Shown: one piece after another, positions 46,151 to 58,266 of the stretch
Position numbering within the stretch: position 1 is the first letter of the stretch
How the letters are laid out: the number at the start of each line of letters is the position of its first letter
From: Ramazzottius varieornatus
Taxonomy: Eukaryota; Animalia; Tardigrada
Direction of reading: 5' to 3'
DNA length: 64,000 nucleotides
Assembly (NCBI GenBank): GCA_001949185.1
Contig: BDGG01000005.1
Coordinates: 2,097,249 to 2,161,248, forward strand
Notes under the pieces: generated by a model
What the model saw: only the letters and a program-made list of their open reading frames with translations
What the model was told of the DNA's origin: nothing
Database searches by the model: none
Program-made: the position numbers and the translations under genes

Positions 46151-49037
46151 ATGCTGCGGATCGAGATCGAAAGCCTTGTTACGGGGATCGATGGGATGAC
46201 TGTTTTGATGACTGTGGAGACTGCTAGCGTCGAAAAGTAAGTGGACATTAGCTCTGATGAATCTGGGCAGTTACTCCAGCAGTTGTGCACTAAGGGACTT
46301 CGCCGTTAAAGAGCAAATTCTGTTCTTAACACAAAAGGTTTCTGCCGCAGCTTGATAACTGGATTCATATTCGAACGAAGACTTAGACCGGAAATAGCTC
46401 CCGACTTCTGCCTGACAGGTTAGCGTACGGTGATTTTTTATGTTTCCGTAAAACGTATAAGGGACAGACGTTCGTTGACAGATGCCCGAGGAAATATACT
46501 GAAGAGGCACAGAACTGTAGCCAGTTACGATATGAAGGACGGAGACAAAGTGTACCTAATTAAGAGTAAGTTCATGCAGTATGAACCTTCGTCCTCTGCA
46601 TATGAACAAGGATTTCCCTGTCAGGGGTTTTCATGAATATTATGTCTAGATAAACGACAGTTGCTGTTCGGTTGTCGGAACTGGACCATTTTGGCCACGC
46701 TGTCTTCCCTGATCGCCATCGTTGGCCTTTCCGTGATCACTTACCTGTACACGAAGTCCGCTGCGTTTCCTTTCGATTACGTGGTCGTTATCGACGCGGG
46801 TTCGACTCATTCAGATCTTTATGTCTTTCAATGGCGCGGCGAGAAATTCAGGAATACGGGAGTAGTTGAAGAAATCGCCACTTCACGATGCGAAGGTTCG
46901 TTGTTTCCCATCATCAATTTCAATGACGAGTATATCCTCTACGTGATCGATTGAACAATTAGACGTTCTTTGTTTCCAGGTGAAGGCTTAGCGAACTACA
47001 ACGACATATCGTCCGCCGCGGATAGTTTACAAGGCTGTATTCAGTTGGCTTCCACTACGATACCGCCTCACGCATTGGGAGCGACGGAGATTTACTTGGG
47101 CGCGACAGCTGGAATGCGCCTATTGATGTGGGTAGTCTCATGACAGTGAAGCGTAGTACCCGAATTAAGTCAAGGCTCAACTTCGTTTTGATGCGTTTTT
47201 TTCCCCAAACAGGCTATCCAATGCGACAGCTGCCACGTTACTTATGCAGGAAGTTCGCGCAGTTATCTGCGGGAAGTCTCGTTTCAAATGCTCGCTCGAT
47301 AATATTCGTATCATAAGCGGCGAAGAAGAAGCAGCTTATGGCTGGATAAGCGTGAACTTTCTTGGAAAGACCCTGGCATATGCTGTAAGACGGTTTACCT
47401 GATCTTGGAACAGGAAACTGCTCTGTACTCTGTGGCGACTACTGTTTAGTGATGGTTGTTTGCAAGCAGGGAAGTTCTCCGTTTTCGTATGGCGCGCTGG
47501 ATCTTGGTGGAGCTTCGACCCAGACAGCCTACTCGACGTCAACTAACGCAACAGTGTCGCTGCAGTTGTTTTCCGAACGGTACGATCTGTACTCACAGAG
47601 CTACCTGTGCTACGGACTACGTGAAACAGGTGAGTGAGTGCATCACGAGATTCGTGGCAACATAATTTCGGGAGCTCGGTAAAGAAGCTCAGCCAGATCG
47701 TTTTTTCAACTGGCGCGCGTCTACAGTGTTATTGGCTTAAAGTGTGCGCCACTTGGAAAAATGATCTTTGTTAGCCTACTGCAGGCCACATTTTTTGTGG
47801 ATTCTAATAGAGCAGTCTACCGTACGCATGCAGCGTACAAACCAGACGTGGTTTGGTTTTAGAGCGGATGGTGGGGGCGTCGTTGATAATGGAGCAGAAC
47901 TCGACTGTGGTAAACAACCCCTGTCGACCATTCGGGAATGCTACCTCGATGCCCTACGACTCCATCTTCGGGCATGTCTGTACAAAAGGCTTCAGCACGG
48001 CGTTTCCGAATAGCACTATCTTCACCATGAAAGGAACCAGTAACTCGGCGGAATGTAAAATCCACGTCCGGCACATCTTTCACGCGGCGAACCCGACGCA
48101 CGTACCTGACAAACTGACGATCCGAAGTCCTGAGGACCGGCGCGAATTCATGGTACCGTACCGAGCAAAATTCTCACAGTGCGATCTTGTCTGAATTTAA
48201 ACGCTTTATCTTATGGTGGATGACCGTTCTGCAGGCCTTTTCCGGGTACTACTCGACAATGGAATTCTTGAACCTTAGTCGCTCTACGGGAGACCGTGTC
48301 TCGCTCAGTGCATTCCGAAATCACACGGACGCCTTCTGCGCGAGAAGTTGGAAAGAAGTACGGTTTCATCTATGGTTGTACTCTCATTTAGAAGCTCAAC
48401 AAATACTAACACACTTAACTCGACAAGATTATTTCCCCAAGTGGCACACGTGTTATCAGCTGAAAGCGTGCGCGGCTTGGAGGAACGATCTTGTCCAGTT
48501 TCTTGGCCGAGCTCCCGTTTCTTTTCTTCTCCCGGTTGTGTAATGTGAGGCATTGAAAATTGAACTATCATACAGGCCTGTCTTTGCAGATCAGTATGCT
48601 CGATCCCAGCGATCCACATAGTCCGTACCTGACCATGTATTGCTTCAATGCCCACTTTGTCGACGTCTTGTTGACCGACGCCTATGGATTCACGGACCAG
48701 ACGTTCGAAAATATTATCTTCATCGAGAAGGCAAGTGTCTAATCCAATAAGCCATTATTCTGTCATCAAGCAACAAGTGCAATGTGAAATAGGTTTGATC
48801 GCTTTATAGGTTGGTGGTACGTCGATCGGTTGGCCACTGGGTATGGCCCTCAACGCCACCAACGCACGAGCTTCCGAGATGCCTCCTGAACCCGCCATCT
48901 CCCCTGTAACGTTTGGTATTCTTTTGACTGTCTTTTTACTCCTGCTTCTTTCAGCCATATTATGTGCACTCAAGGCGATTCGTGTAGCTCGCCATCACCG
49001 TAACTACCAACCACTCTCCACATACGGGGCTATCTGA
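46151..49037 (+). CDS. ENTPD: CD39-type ectonucleoside triphosphate diphosphohydrolase (two TM helices) with an N-terminal ubiquitin-like domain
   Basis: ACR1 IDAGSTHS, ACR2 LGATAGMRLL, ACR3 ISGEEEAAYGWISVNFL, ACR4 GALDLGGASTQ and ACR5 IGWPLG, plus N- and C-terminal TM helices. Three upstream exons splice in frame to give a beta-grasp-like domain. Confidence 0.9.
47684..47775. mobile_element. Hairpin MITE family H (NTPDase intron)
   Basis: agatcgttttttcaactggcgcgcg...gtgcgccacttggaaaaatgatct. Confidence 0.75.
48417..48501. mobile_element. Hairpin MITE family H (NTPDase intron)
   Basis: aactcgacaagattatttccccaagtggcacacg...cgtgcgcggcttggaggaacgatcttgtccagttt. Confidence 0.7.
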
Positions 49038-49346
49038 ATCTGACTTTGTGAATCTGTCTCCATTTCAGCATCAAACCAAAAATTCTCACTAGGGCGATGG
49101 TGATGTAACCATGAGCAATAATAATATTTTTTTCCCGTTTTACTCAGGCCTGATGTCTTTTTTACCGTGAATTTTGTGATACTGGAATGCTAATACTTTT
49201 TTCTCTGACGTTTTTATTTTATGCTCTGAAGCTGTGTAAAGTACAAAAGGAGGGAGAACAAAAGGTTTTTACAAGGAGTGAAAAAACTGGCAATCAAATT
49301 TCTGTGGTACAGGGACAGCCCGAAAGACGGCTAGAAAGCATGATGG

Positions 49347-52040
49347 TTAATAGCTTCGGCTACCAGAGCCTTGTACAGCGTAGTTGGTCGATTGCTGCTG
49401 TTGCTGTTGTCCTCCACCGGAAAGTCCGTTTGAACCACCGTAGGATGAGCCTTGGTTTCCTCCGAAACCTTGTTGACCACCCGAACCATAACTTCCTCCC
49501 ATGGATGCTCCATTTCCGCTGAAACCAGTCTGACCAGCGTTGCTACCACCGTAGCTTCCTTGTTGACCATTCTGGCCGGAAGAGCCATAGGAGCCACCAC
49601 CGTTGTTACCGGTACCGAAACCACCACTAAGGCCACCTTGGTTACTTCCGCCATATGAGCCACCCATGTTACCGTTGTTTCGGCTACCGGTCTGTCCGTA
49701 GGATCCACCCGCATTTAGTCCAATGCCACTCTGAGAGCCACCCCCGTAGCTTCCCCCCATACCGCCCGAGTTTCCCTGGCTGCCACCGTAACTACCACCA
49801 GTCGATCCTCCTTGCAGGCCGCCTGAGCTTCCCCCATACGAACCAGCCGAACCTTGGTTCCCCAATCCACCGTTACCTTGGCTGAGCATGCTGGCGAAAC
49901 CGCTGGACTGTTGGTTGTAACCTTGAGTGTTGCTGCCACCACCAAGTCCGCCAGCTAATCCACCACCGCTACCACCGTACGAAGATCCGATAGCTCCAAC
50001 TCCGCTTATTCCGGACTGTCCACCGCCGTATCCTCCGGACATACCAGCATTCATTTGGCTGTTCATGCCACCCGAGGATCCATACTGGGAACCGGAAGTA
50101 CCACCAAGTCCTCCAGAAGACCCACCGTATCCGGATGAACCGCTACCGCTGAATCCGGTAAGTCCACCGGTAGAACCGCCGCTGTAACCCGATGATCCTG
50201 AGTTCAGTTGTGATGGTATTCCAGAGCCGGACAAGCCACCGGAGGAACCATATCCGCTACCTCCTTGCATCTGGCCGTTGCTGCCGGATGACCCGTACGA
50301 AGAACCCATCGAGCCAGCGTTCATTCCGCTACCGGAATAGCCGGAAGATCCCTGATTTCCTCCAAGGCCTTGTTGACTACCTCCGTAGGATCCTCCTTGT
50401 GATCCACCAAAGCCGCCGCTGAGTCCGGATCCCACACTTCCGCCTCCATACGATCCGCCAGAACCGCCCATACCACCTAGAAAATAAAACAGAAATTAGA
50501 ACTATGAAAACGAAATTCTAACCAACAATATTCTTCCCATCCATCGGTCCCAGTATACGGACGTGCCTGAGACATTATTTTGAATGGTGAAAAATTGTTG
50601 TAGCTGTTTCTTACCCTGAGATCCTCCGTAGGAGCCTTGTCCTCCCAATAGGCCGCCGCTACTTCCGCCTCCGTATGAGGAGCCCATACCGCCGCTGAGT
50701 CCGGATGAAGATCCGCCGCCATACGAGCCAGACATTCCAGATCCTCCGGATAGTCCTTGGCCGCCTCCATACGAACCGGAAGAGCCAGGTCCTCCACTGA
50801 GACCACCTTGTGAACCACCATAGGAACCAGAGGAACCCATGCCGCCGCCAAGGCTTCCTTGACTTCCGCCATACGAGCCGGATGAGCCGAGACCGCCGCT
50901 GAGGCCACCCTGTCCGCCGCCATATGAACCGCCGGAAGCTCCCATACCTCCAGAAAGGCCTCCTTGGCTGCCACCGTATGATCCACCGGAGGAACCGAGA
51001 CTACCAGAGAGGCCGCCTTGGGAACCACCATACGAACCAGAGGAACCCATACTGCCGCCAAGGCCTCCTTGACTTCCGCCATACGATCCGGATGAGCCGA
51101 GGCTGCCAGACAGGCCACCTTGTGGACCACCTCCATAAGATCCACCAGATGAACCCATTCCTCCGCTGACACCTCCTTGACCACCGCCGTATGATCCACC
51201 GGACGATCCCATGCCTCCAGAAAGACCGCCTTGGCTACCACCGTATGAACCACCGGACGATCCCATGCCGCCAGCAAGGCCGCCTTGGCTACCACCATAC
51301 GATCCAGATGACATGCCACCGCCCAATCCAGAGCTACCACCATAACTTCCACCAGACTGACCAAGTCCTCCACTCATACCCTGGCTGCCACCATATTGGG
51401 ATCCCATGCCGCCGGAAAGGCCTCCTTGGTTGGAGCCGTATGACCCACCAAAGCCGCCCATTCCTCCTTGAGAACCTCCTCCATATGAGCCCCCAGAGGA
51501 ACCGAGGCCGCCACTCATACCCTGGCTGCCGCCATAAGAGCCGCCCATTCCTCCTTGAGAACCTCCGTACGAGCCACCGGAAGAGCCGAGGCCTCCACTC
51601 ATTCCTTGGCCACCTCCGTATGAACCTCCGGAGGACCCACCCAGACCGTTTTGGCCTCCTCCATATGAACCTCCAGAGCCTCCGCTGAGGCCTCCACTAC
51701 CGCCATAGGAACCTCCGGATAGTCCAGAGTTACCTCCCATCGAACCACCTCCATACCCACCACCGCCTGAAAATATAATGGTAAGCGCAACATAAAATAA
51801 GACATTGGTTGAGGAGGTCTCCGAGGACCTTGTGGGACTCTAAGGGAGTATTTGGGATGGGTGATTACCGATATTAGCTTGGCGAACATGAGGAACGGAA
51901 GCTGTCAATGATACGGCGACCGAAGCAGCCGGGATAGGCTCCGAAGCATTGGTGTGCTTCTTCCCGGGTTTGGACTTGGCGGATGTCGTAAGGCTGATGC
52001 AGACGGACAAGAGGATCAACGCTGGAGTAATCCACCGCAT
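49347..52040 (-). CDS. Secreted Gly/Ser-rich protein with tandem GGSYGGSQGGLSGGMGSS repeats
   Basis: Signal MRWITPALILLSVCISLTTSA, introns at ~51869-51767 and ~50614-50477, and about 800 aa of mostly G/S with SYG motifs in ~18-aa units. Confidence 0.85.
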
Positions 52041-53340
52041 GTTGATAGTGATAGTCCGAATAAAGCTCGACACACGGATTCCGTTCTGCAGGCAGCCGAC
52101 TAAATCTGTTTACAATGGAATCTAACGTTTAGACAATGATGTCTCGTCCTAAGAAGAGAGTTCGGACTGATGGTTGTCAGGTTGCGCGGACGTGCTTTTA
52201 GTACCTGCTTTCTGCAGGTTTACGAAATAGCCAGCACAGCACGGAACCGGCTACTCAGTGGGATCATCAACGGTCAAGATTCACGACGTTGGCCAGACGT
52301 ACGTACAAGCTTGAGGAAGGAAGGTATCATGCTCTTGTTGGTCTTGAGCATCTGTTTCGTTGCGTGAGAGGACAATCGCGGGCTGTTTATTGTGTCTCTG
52401 GCGTCAGCGTTAATTCGAGTTGCCGCGTGTTTGTTTAGGGGGATCGTACTGGTAAGTTATAGCATAGCAGGCCGGTTGGATGATTGGAGGAGCCGAGCCA
52501 GTTGTGCCAAAGATTATACCTCCTAATTATTTCTTCTCGCGCTTGGCACATTTTCAATCGCTGCACTTGAATTTTTGTTTACACTTATTGCTTTTGGGCA
52601 GATTTATTTTAGTGTGGGAATATAATAGTCGCGCATCGGTCAAGATGGGGTCTTTTGAATATTGCATGTTGCTGGTAACATTGCCCCGCGTGTTGTCACC
52701 AGCACAGCGCAGTAAGCAAAGAGCTTACATCATCACCTGTCTCCCTCTCCGCAGTCCGCAGTGATGTCACTCTCTCAGCCAACGTCAACCCAGCCGGCTC
52801 TGCATTACCCTTTTGTTGGTTTTCCGGTCCGCCTGTTCGCACAGAATCGCGGAGGCAGTCGGCAGTTTGTTGCCCTCGCGATCAGCCTCGCCGTCTGACA
52901 ACGCGTGCACATAAATTACTCCAGATTCAAGTGGCTTCCGAGCCTGACTGCATAAGCCACGACTACCGGTAAACAATCAGATGAGAAGTCTACTCCAAAC
53001 CTTGTACAAATCAAGATTCATGACATGCGCTCAACCGTTGACGGTAACCGATCGAGTTGGCGCTTCAATAATTAAGTCACTGATGTGATTGCCACGCCGA
53101 GACTCCACCAGGAACTCTAGCGACAAGGCCCCCACTTCCGCTCTCGGGAGCTGTCTGACCAAGAAATTGAAAGCCGAGAAAGGCGACCCAGAACAGACCC
53201 AGACTGGAATAAATTAAAGCATATATCGCAAACTTAAACGCCTCCCGACACAGGCAGACTTTGTCCCGTTTGCCCTTCCTTCTTAGTAGAATATTCTGTC
53301 AGTTGACAATCTTCTTTCTTGGGGATGGTGAACGTGGAAG

Positions 53341-55603
53341 TTAGCCATACAGCTGGCTCCCAGTATTACCGCCGATGTTCTGGGGCGCTTGGTTCAGCTG
53401 GTTAATATTCTGCTGATTTTGCTGGTTCCCGCCGAGTCCACTTCCCTGTTGATTACCCGGGTTCCCGTTGACTGGTAAGAGACCCTGTTGATAACCCTGG
53501 TTCCCGCTTAAACCTCCATTGAGCTGATTTTGGTTAGAGTTGGTCGACGGGAAGCCCTGTTGGTTCAACTGGTTTCCGCTCAGTCCCCCGTTCAGTTGAT
53601 TCGGGTTCGAATTTAGTTGATTGGTTAGCTGTTGATTGTTTACTTGTTGATTGTTTACCTGTCCTGGTTGCGGATTTTGCTGGCCTGTTTGTTGTTGCTG
53701 AACTTGGTTGGGAGAAATTGCCGAGGACGGAGTGGCTCCGATGCTGTTACTTGAGCCGGAGGAGGCGGGGTTGGTAGGTCCACCAAGTTGCTGTTGAATA
53801 CTGGCGGCTAGGGAGGCCAGACCCCCGAATCCTGAGAAGGGAGTCGTAGTGATCAAGTTCTGGTTTTGCAGGTTTGATCCCAGTTGTTGATTCTGCTGGT
53901 TGAAACCGGATTGCCCTTGTGGCTGATTTGGATTGTTGAACAGCGACTGCGTCGTCCCTTGCAGTCCTTGTCCATTAGGTATGCTCGCAGCAAACACAGA
54001 ATTCTGTCCACCTTGACCAGCATTGTTACTTCCGGTTCCAAAAGCGCCTCCATTTCCGCCCGATGATCCGCCAAAGTTCTGATTTGCGCCTTGATTCCCG
54101 AGCCCATATCCTCCAGCCTGATTACCTCCCGAACCACCAAAAGGTACGTTTCCTGCTCCGCTAGAGTTTGGTCTGTTGATGTTGTTACCAGATTGACCAT
54201 AACCGCTCTGTGGGCTGGAACTCATGCCACCATAGGATGGCTGCTGATGTCCGACCATAGGATTCAACTGAGCGGTTCCGGGTCCGCCGTAAACTTCACC
54301 CTGAGGAAAGCTTGATCCGTAGGACTGTATTGCGGAACCTTGACCTGGAGGCGAGTTGAAACTATTTTGCGGTGAACTCCCATAGAACTGTGGCTGTGGC
54401 TGTGGCTGAGGAACCGGTTGACTAACGCTGTTTCCATAACCAGACTGACCGAAACTGGGACTGACAGACGGTGTACCGATTCCATAACCCGAAGGTTCTA
54501 TGGGTTGCTGTACTGGGTTGATAAACTGTTGAGGAAGTTGTCCGAAAGGAAACGAAGATTGTTGCTGTTGCTGTTGGATGACCGGAAGTTGGGCGTTACC
54601 GGAAGCTCCACCGTAAAACGACTGGGTTTGTTGCTGGTTGTTGCCGAGTTGGTTGTTGAAATTCTGTGACTGTGGATTATTTCCAGTTTGAGAAAAGCCG
54701 TTGTTAAGTCCCGAAGACGATCCAATGTTCTGCCCAACGGGGTTGAGTGCCGCGGGTAGGGAGGAAGCGAAGCCACTGGCTAGTTGGTTCGAGCCCTGTA
54801 TTTGGTTGAAGGCTGCAGATGGCGTGACGGGTGCGGCTGTGAAACCAGTCAATGGAGCTAGGGATTGCGCGATGGGAGAAACGGTGAAGCCAGCCGATGA
54901 AGCTTGTTGCCCGGAGTTCTGAAAACCGGTTGGTTGAGAGTTCTGGATACCGCTCTGCATAGGTGAGCCACCACCGTAACTTCCAGACGAGCTGCTGGAT
55001 GGTGGAGAGAATTGCTGCACAGGTATCTGGGCAGGTACTCCTCCGCTGTAACTCTGACTTGCGCTGTTCGGCACCATCTGTGGACCTGCTCCGACGGGGC
55101 CAAACTGGCCGGAACTGACGGCTGGAAGGCCAACCGAGTACGATCCTCCACTTCCTGGTTGAATATTGTTTTGTGCAGTTACCGGGCCGAAAGAGTTCTG
55201 ACGCTGACCTTGGTCCGACGGACCGCCGAAGCTGCTTCCCTGATTCATCATACTTCCTGGAACGACAAATTGTAAAATTGTTGATCACACTGAGTATTTT
55301 GCTCGAACTGTCGAACAGCTCTATCTCAACAATCCGAACATGCCGGAGCTCGGCAATTATACTTGACCAGATTGTTCTTCCCACTGGCGCATGTATTCAG
55401 CCGGCAACACCGAAAACGTGCGCCACTTAGGAAAGCAATCTGGTCAAGTTGGTTTGCTGAGCTCTCAAGATTTTATGAGGTACCAAGTTGTGGATTGCTT
55501 GCAGGTGATGGACTGAACGACTGCCCAAACTGTCCCATGGGAATCGAAGGACCTCCAAAGTTCGCTCCTCCTGAGTATCCACTGGACTGAATCGGTTGCT
55601 GCA

Positions 55604-55634
<31 letters not shown>

Positions 55635-56308
55635 TTGGGGCTGCTGCTGCTGAATATTCCCTGTATTGGCACCGTAACCACTTTGCTGTTGCTGGTTGTT
55701 CCCAGTACTCATACCGAAACCGGTACTAGACTGTCCCTGAAAATTTTGTCCGTTGTTAAAGGTTGATGGACCATTACCGAAATTTCCGGAAGTGGGCTGC
55801 TGGTTGAAGACAGGGACGGAAGGCTGGCCCAAGACGTTTCCGCTACCGTAGGACCCGTATCCTGTGCCGGATGACTGCCCGGATTGAGAAGGTGGGTTGA
55901 AGTTTGCGGTTGAGCCTTGGTTTTGTACGGATAGCTGTTTGTTGTTGTTGATGTTAACGAGGTTGAGTTCATCAAGAAAGGATCTTGTCGACGTTTCGGT
56001 AAGGGTTATGGGCGAGAATGTAGGAAGTGGTATGCCGGTAGGGATAGGTATCCCACTTAAAACTTTGTTGCCTGAAATTGGTGTGGAACACTTTAAACTG
56101 TGACAAGACAGTTTTGTAAACACATGGCCTGTAACTTACTTTTGGGGAGATTTTTGGGCAGAAAGCTACGATTGAGATGAAGGTGATCCATGGTCTCCTG
56201 CAGGGCAATCTCCTGTGGAGGTGGAATTTCAATCGGCGCAGCTGTTGAGCATAGGACCATGAGTATGGTAATCCATTCGATGTAGAAGTTGTTGAAAGTG
56301 GGACGCAT
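53341..56308 (-). CDS. Secreted Gln/Gly/Ser/Asn-rich low-complexity protein
   Basis: Signal-like MRPTFNNFYIEWITILMVLCSTAA and exons in ORFs 56093-56308, 55473-56123 and 53341-55251. Poly-Q at ~55596-55650 and NQLNGGLSGNQ repeats. Confidence 0.8.
55360..55457. mobile_element. Hairpin MITE family H (intron of the Q/G/S-rich gene)
   Basis: acttgaccagattgttcttcccactggcgcatg...cgtgcgccacttaggaaagcaatctggtcaagt. Confidence 0.8.
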
Positions 56309-57641
56309 TTTCTTCCTGAGAACTGGAAGAAACCAACCTTAAGTTGTACCATAGTCAGGTTTACAGTGTAACATCTCTCGATGCATGTTACAAACAACTG
56401 ACATGGAGCTCCACTATGAACATCCGGAGAGGCGAGTTAGCTTCGCTCTGATGGTCTTTCGATATCTGGTTTTATGAACTCAAGACCGTGTTTGATCGTG
56501 GAGTTCATGTTGGTCTTCCCTTTGTGCGACATTGTCTTGGCGATCTGCGCCATGAATAACTTTGACCACTGTGATGCAGCCGTTACCTGCAGGCATGTCG
56601 GACTCTTACTTCCGTCTGCTCGTAGCGTCATGTCAAGAAACTTGGTATGATAGTCATACTTGTACGCTGATCCCTCCAAGACGTAACTGCACTATGATCG
56701 TGGTATGGAAAGTCCCATATAACAAGAAGAGCTCATTGAAAAAGTTTCTAGGCGCTTAACTGCAGACTTTCCTCATCAGAGCTCACATCGTCCGCCGGTT
56801 TTTGAGGTCTTCGATAGGTGGCGCCACTTGTTGGTATTCTGTGTGTGTTCTGAAAATTACACTTCTGTATTATCGGATTCTGTTTTGCTTGTTCGGCGGC
56901 CCATTCGCTTCTTTCGCAAGTTATTCTGAGACAGTATAACTCAAAACTAAAAATGTTGGCTCTCTTTTGAACCAGGTGAAGTGAACGAAAATACTGGGCA
57001 CGCTTTACCTTTCGTTTCAGGTCATTGTTCGACATCATGTATCAAGTTCCGTAGAACCGAAACGCGGAAGCATGTTGACTGGAGAACAGACAATCTTTTT
57101 CTTGTTGATTTAGCTTTCCAGATTCATAATACGGTACAGGATATGCGGGCTCGATCACTGATCATGGTGTCCCAATAGAATGGGTACATCTGGAGGGCTG
57201 CGATCGTTCGCAGAAGCGGACATGCTCCCGCGCATTATTGTAATATGATTATCCGCTGGGCTATATTTTCCGTGTAATTGTATGCTTAACGCTTCATCTC
57301 ATCATTGAGACTTATTACTTGCTAACATAAATGACGACCAACTGCTGGGTTGGACAGCGTAAATGCGGATAATAATCCTGCTTCTTCGGGGCCACTCCGC
57401 GTAGCTCTTGATCATTTTCCTCTTGTTGATTTAACTGCATGCTACCGTTCAACTGATCCTTTCGCGTGTCCTCACCGCGGCCAGTGTTGCCAGCCACGCT
57501 GTGGTATATTAGTATTAGGTTCCGCAAGAAAAATACTCCAACGGTTCACGCATCCTTCCGAAAGTCCCCTAAAACTTTCTAATCTGTCCCAAAAACCGAA
57601 ATAATAATCTAGGTAATTTTTCGAATATTCTAACAATATTC

Positions 57642-58152
57642 GATAATAGAGAAGTTGCACTTTGCGCAAATGGTTTGAACATAAGAGAACTAATTAGTTT
57701 TTAAAATCGAAGTTTATAAAAGCATTCGCTAGAAGCTTTGACAAGTTGCACAAAGCGGGCGAGTTTGAAAAAAACGATGAGACAAACGACCGCAGCTGGT
57801 CATGGTGGTTTGTTCGGCAGTAATTAGCCCACCAAGTTTAGAAAGAGCCGGCTCAAATGCAAATCTGATTGACTGATTGTCCGGAGTGGAGGCCCTGTGT
57901 TGCCCGGGCAACGATTACGCTCCCCAGTGCTTCGGGCCAGCCAGGGCATTACTGACGGCAATTCGTTCATGTTTGAAATCTACGGGTGATTTTCTTCGTG
58001 ATTCACGAACGAAGCCCCCCCCCCTTCATTTCATGAATCGCGAGGCGAATTAAAAATCTTGAATGTTTAAACTTTTTTAAAATTTAATGCAATCGTTTTG
58101 TCCAAACTCGTTTGTTCAAACCATCTGTGCAAAGTGCAACTTCTCTATTATC
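57642..58152. mobile_element. MITE with ~40-bp TIRs
   Basis: gataatagagaagttgcactttgcgcaaatggtttgaaca ... tgttcaaaccatctgtgcaaagtgcaacttctctattatc. Confidence 0.8.
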
Positions 58153-58195
58153 AAAAATAAACAGGGACTTACAAAATGATTCGAGCCAGAAATGA

Positions 58196-58266
58196 TTCGA
58201 GCCAGATCGTTTTCCCCAAGTGGCGCACACTCCAGCGTGCGCTACTTGAAATAACGAACTGATTCA
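58196..58266. mobile_element. Hairpin MITE family H, internally deleted
   Basis: agatcgttttccccaagtggcgcacac-tccag-cgtgcgctacttg. Confidence 0.65.

Noticed and set aside
49331-55975. Many long alternative-frame and antisense ORFs over the G/S/Q-rich genes (also 33409-35054 and 4585-5181)
   Set aside because: These are shadows of low-complexity codon usage with no independent coding signal.
32823-56308. Low-complexity proteins as tardigrade CAHS, SAHS, MAHS, LEA or Dsup
   Set aside because: They lack the charged amphipathic helical repeats, FABP-like features and Lys/Ala-rich composition of those families.
56437-57530. Short minus-strand ORFs that could be a gene or TE remnant
   Set aside because: No recognisable motif or coherent splice path, so no call can be supported.
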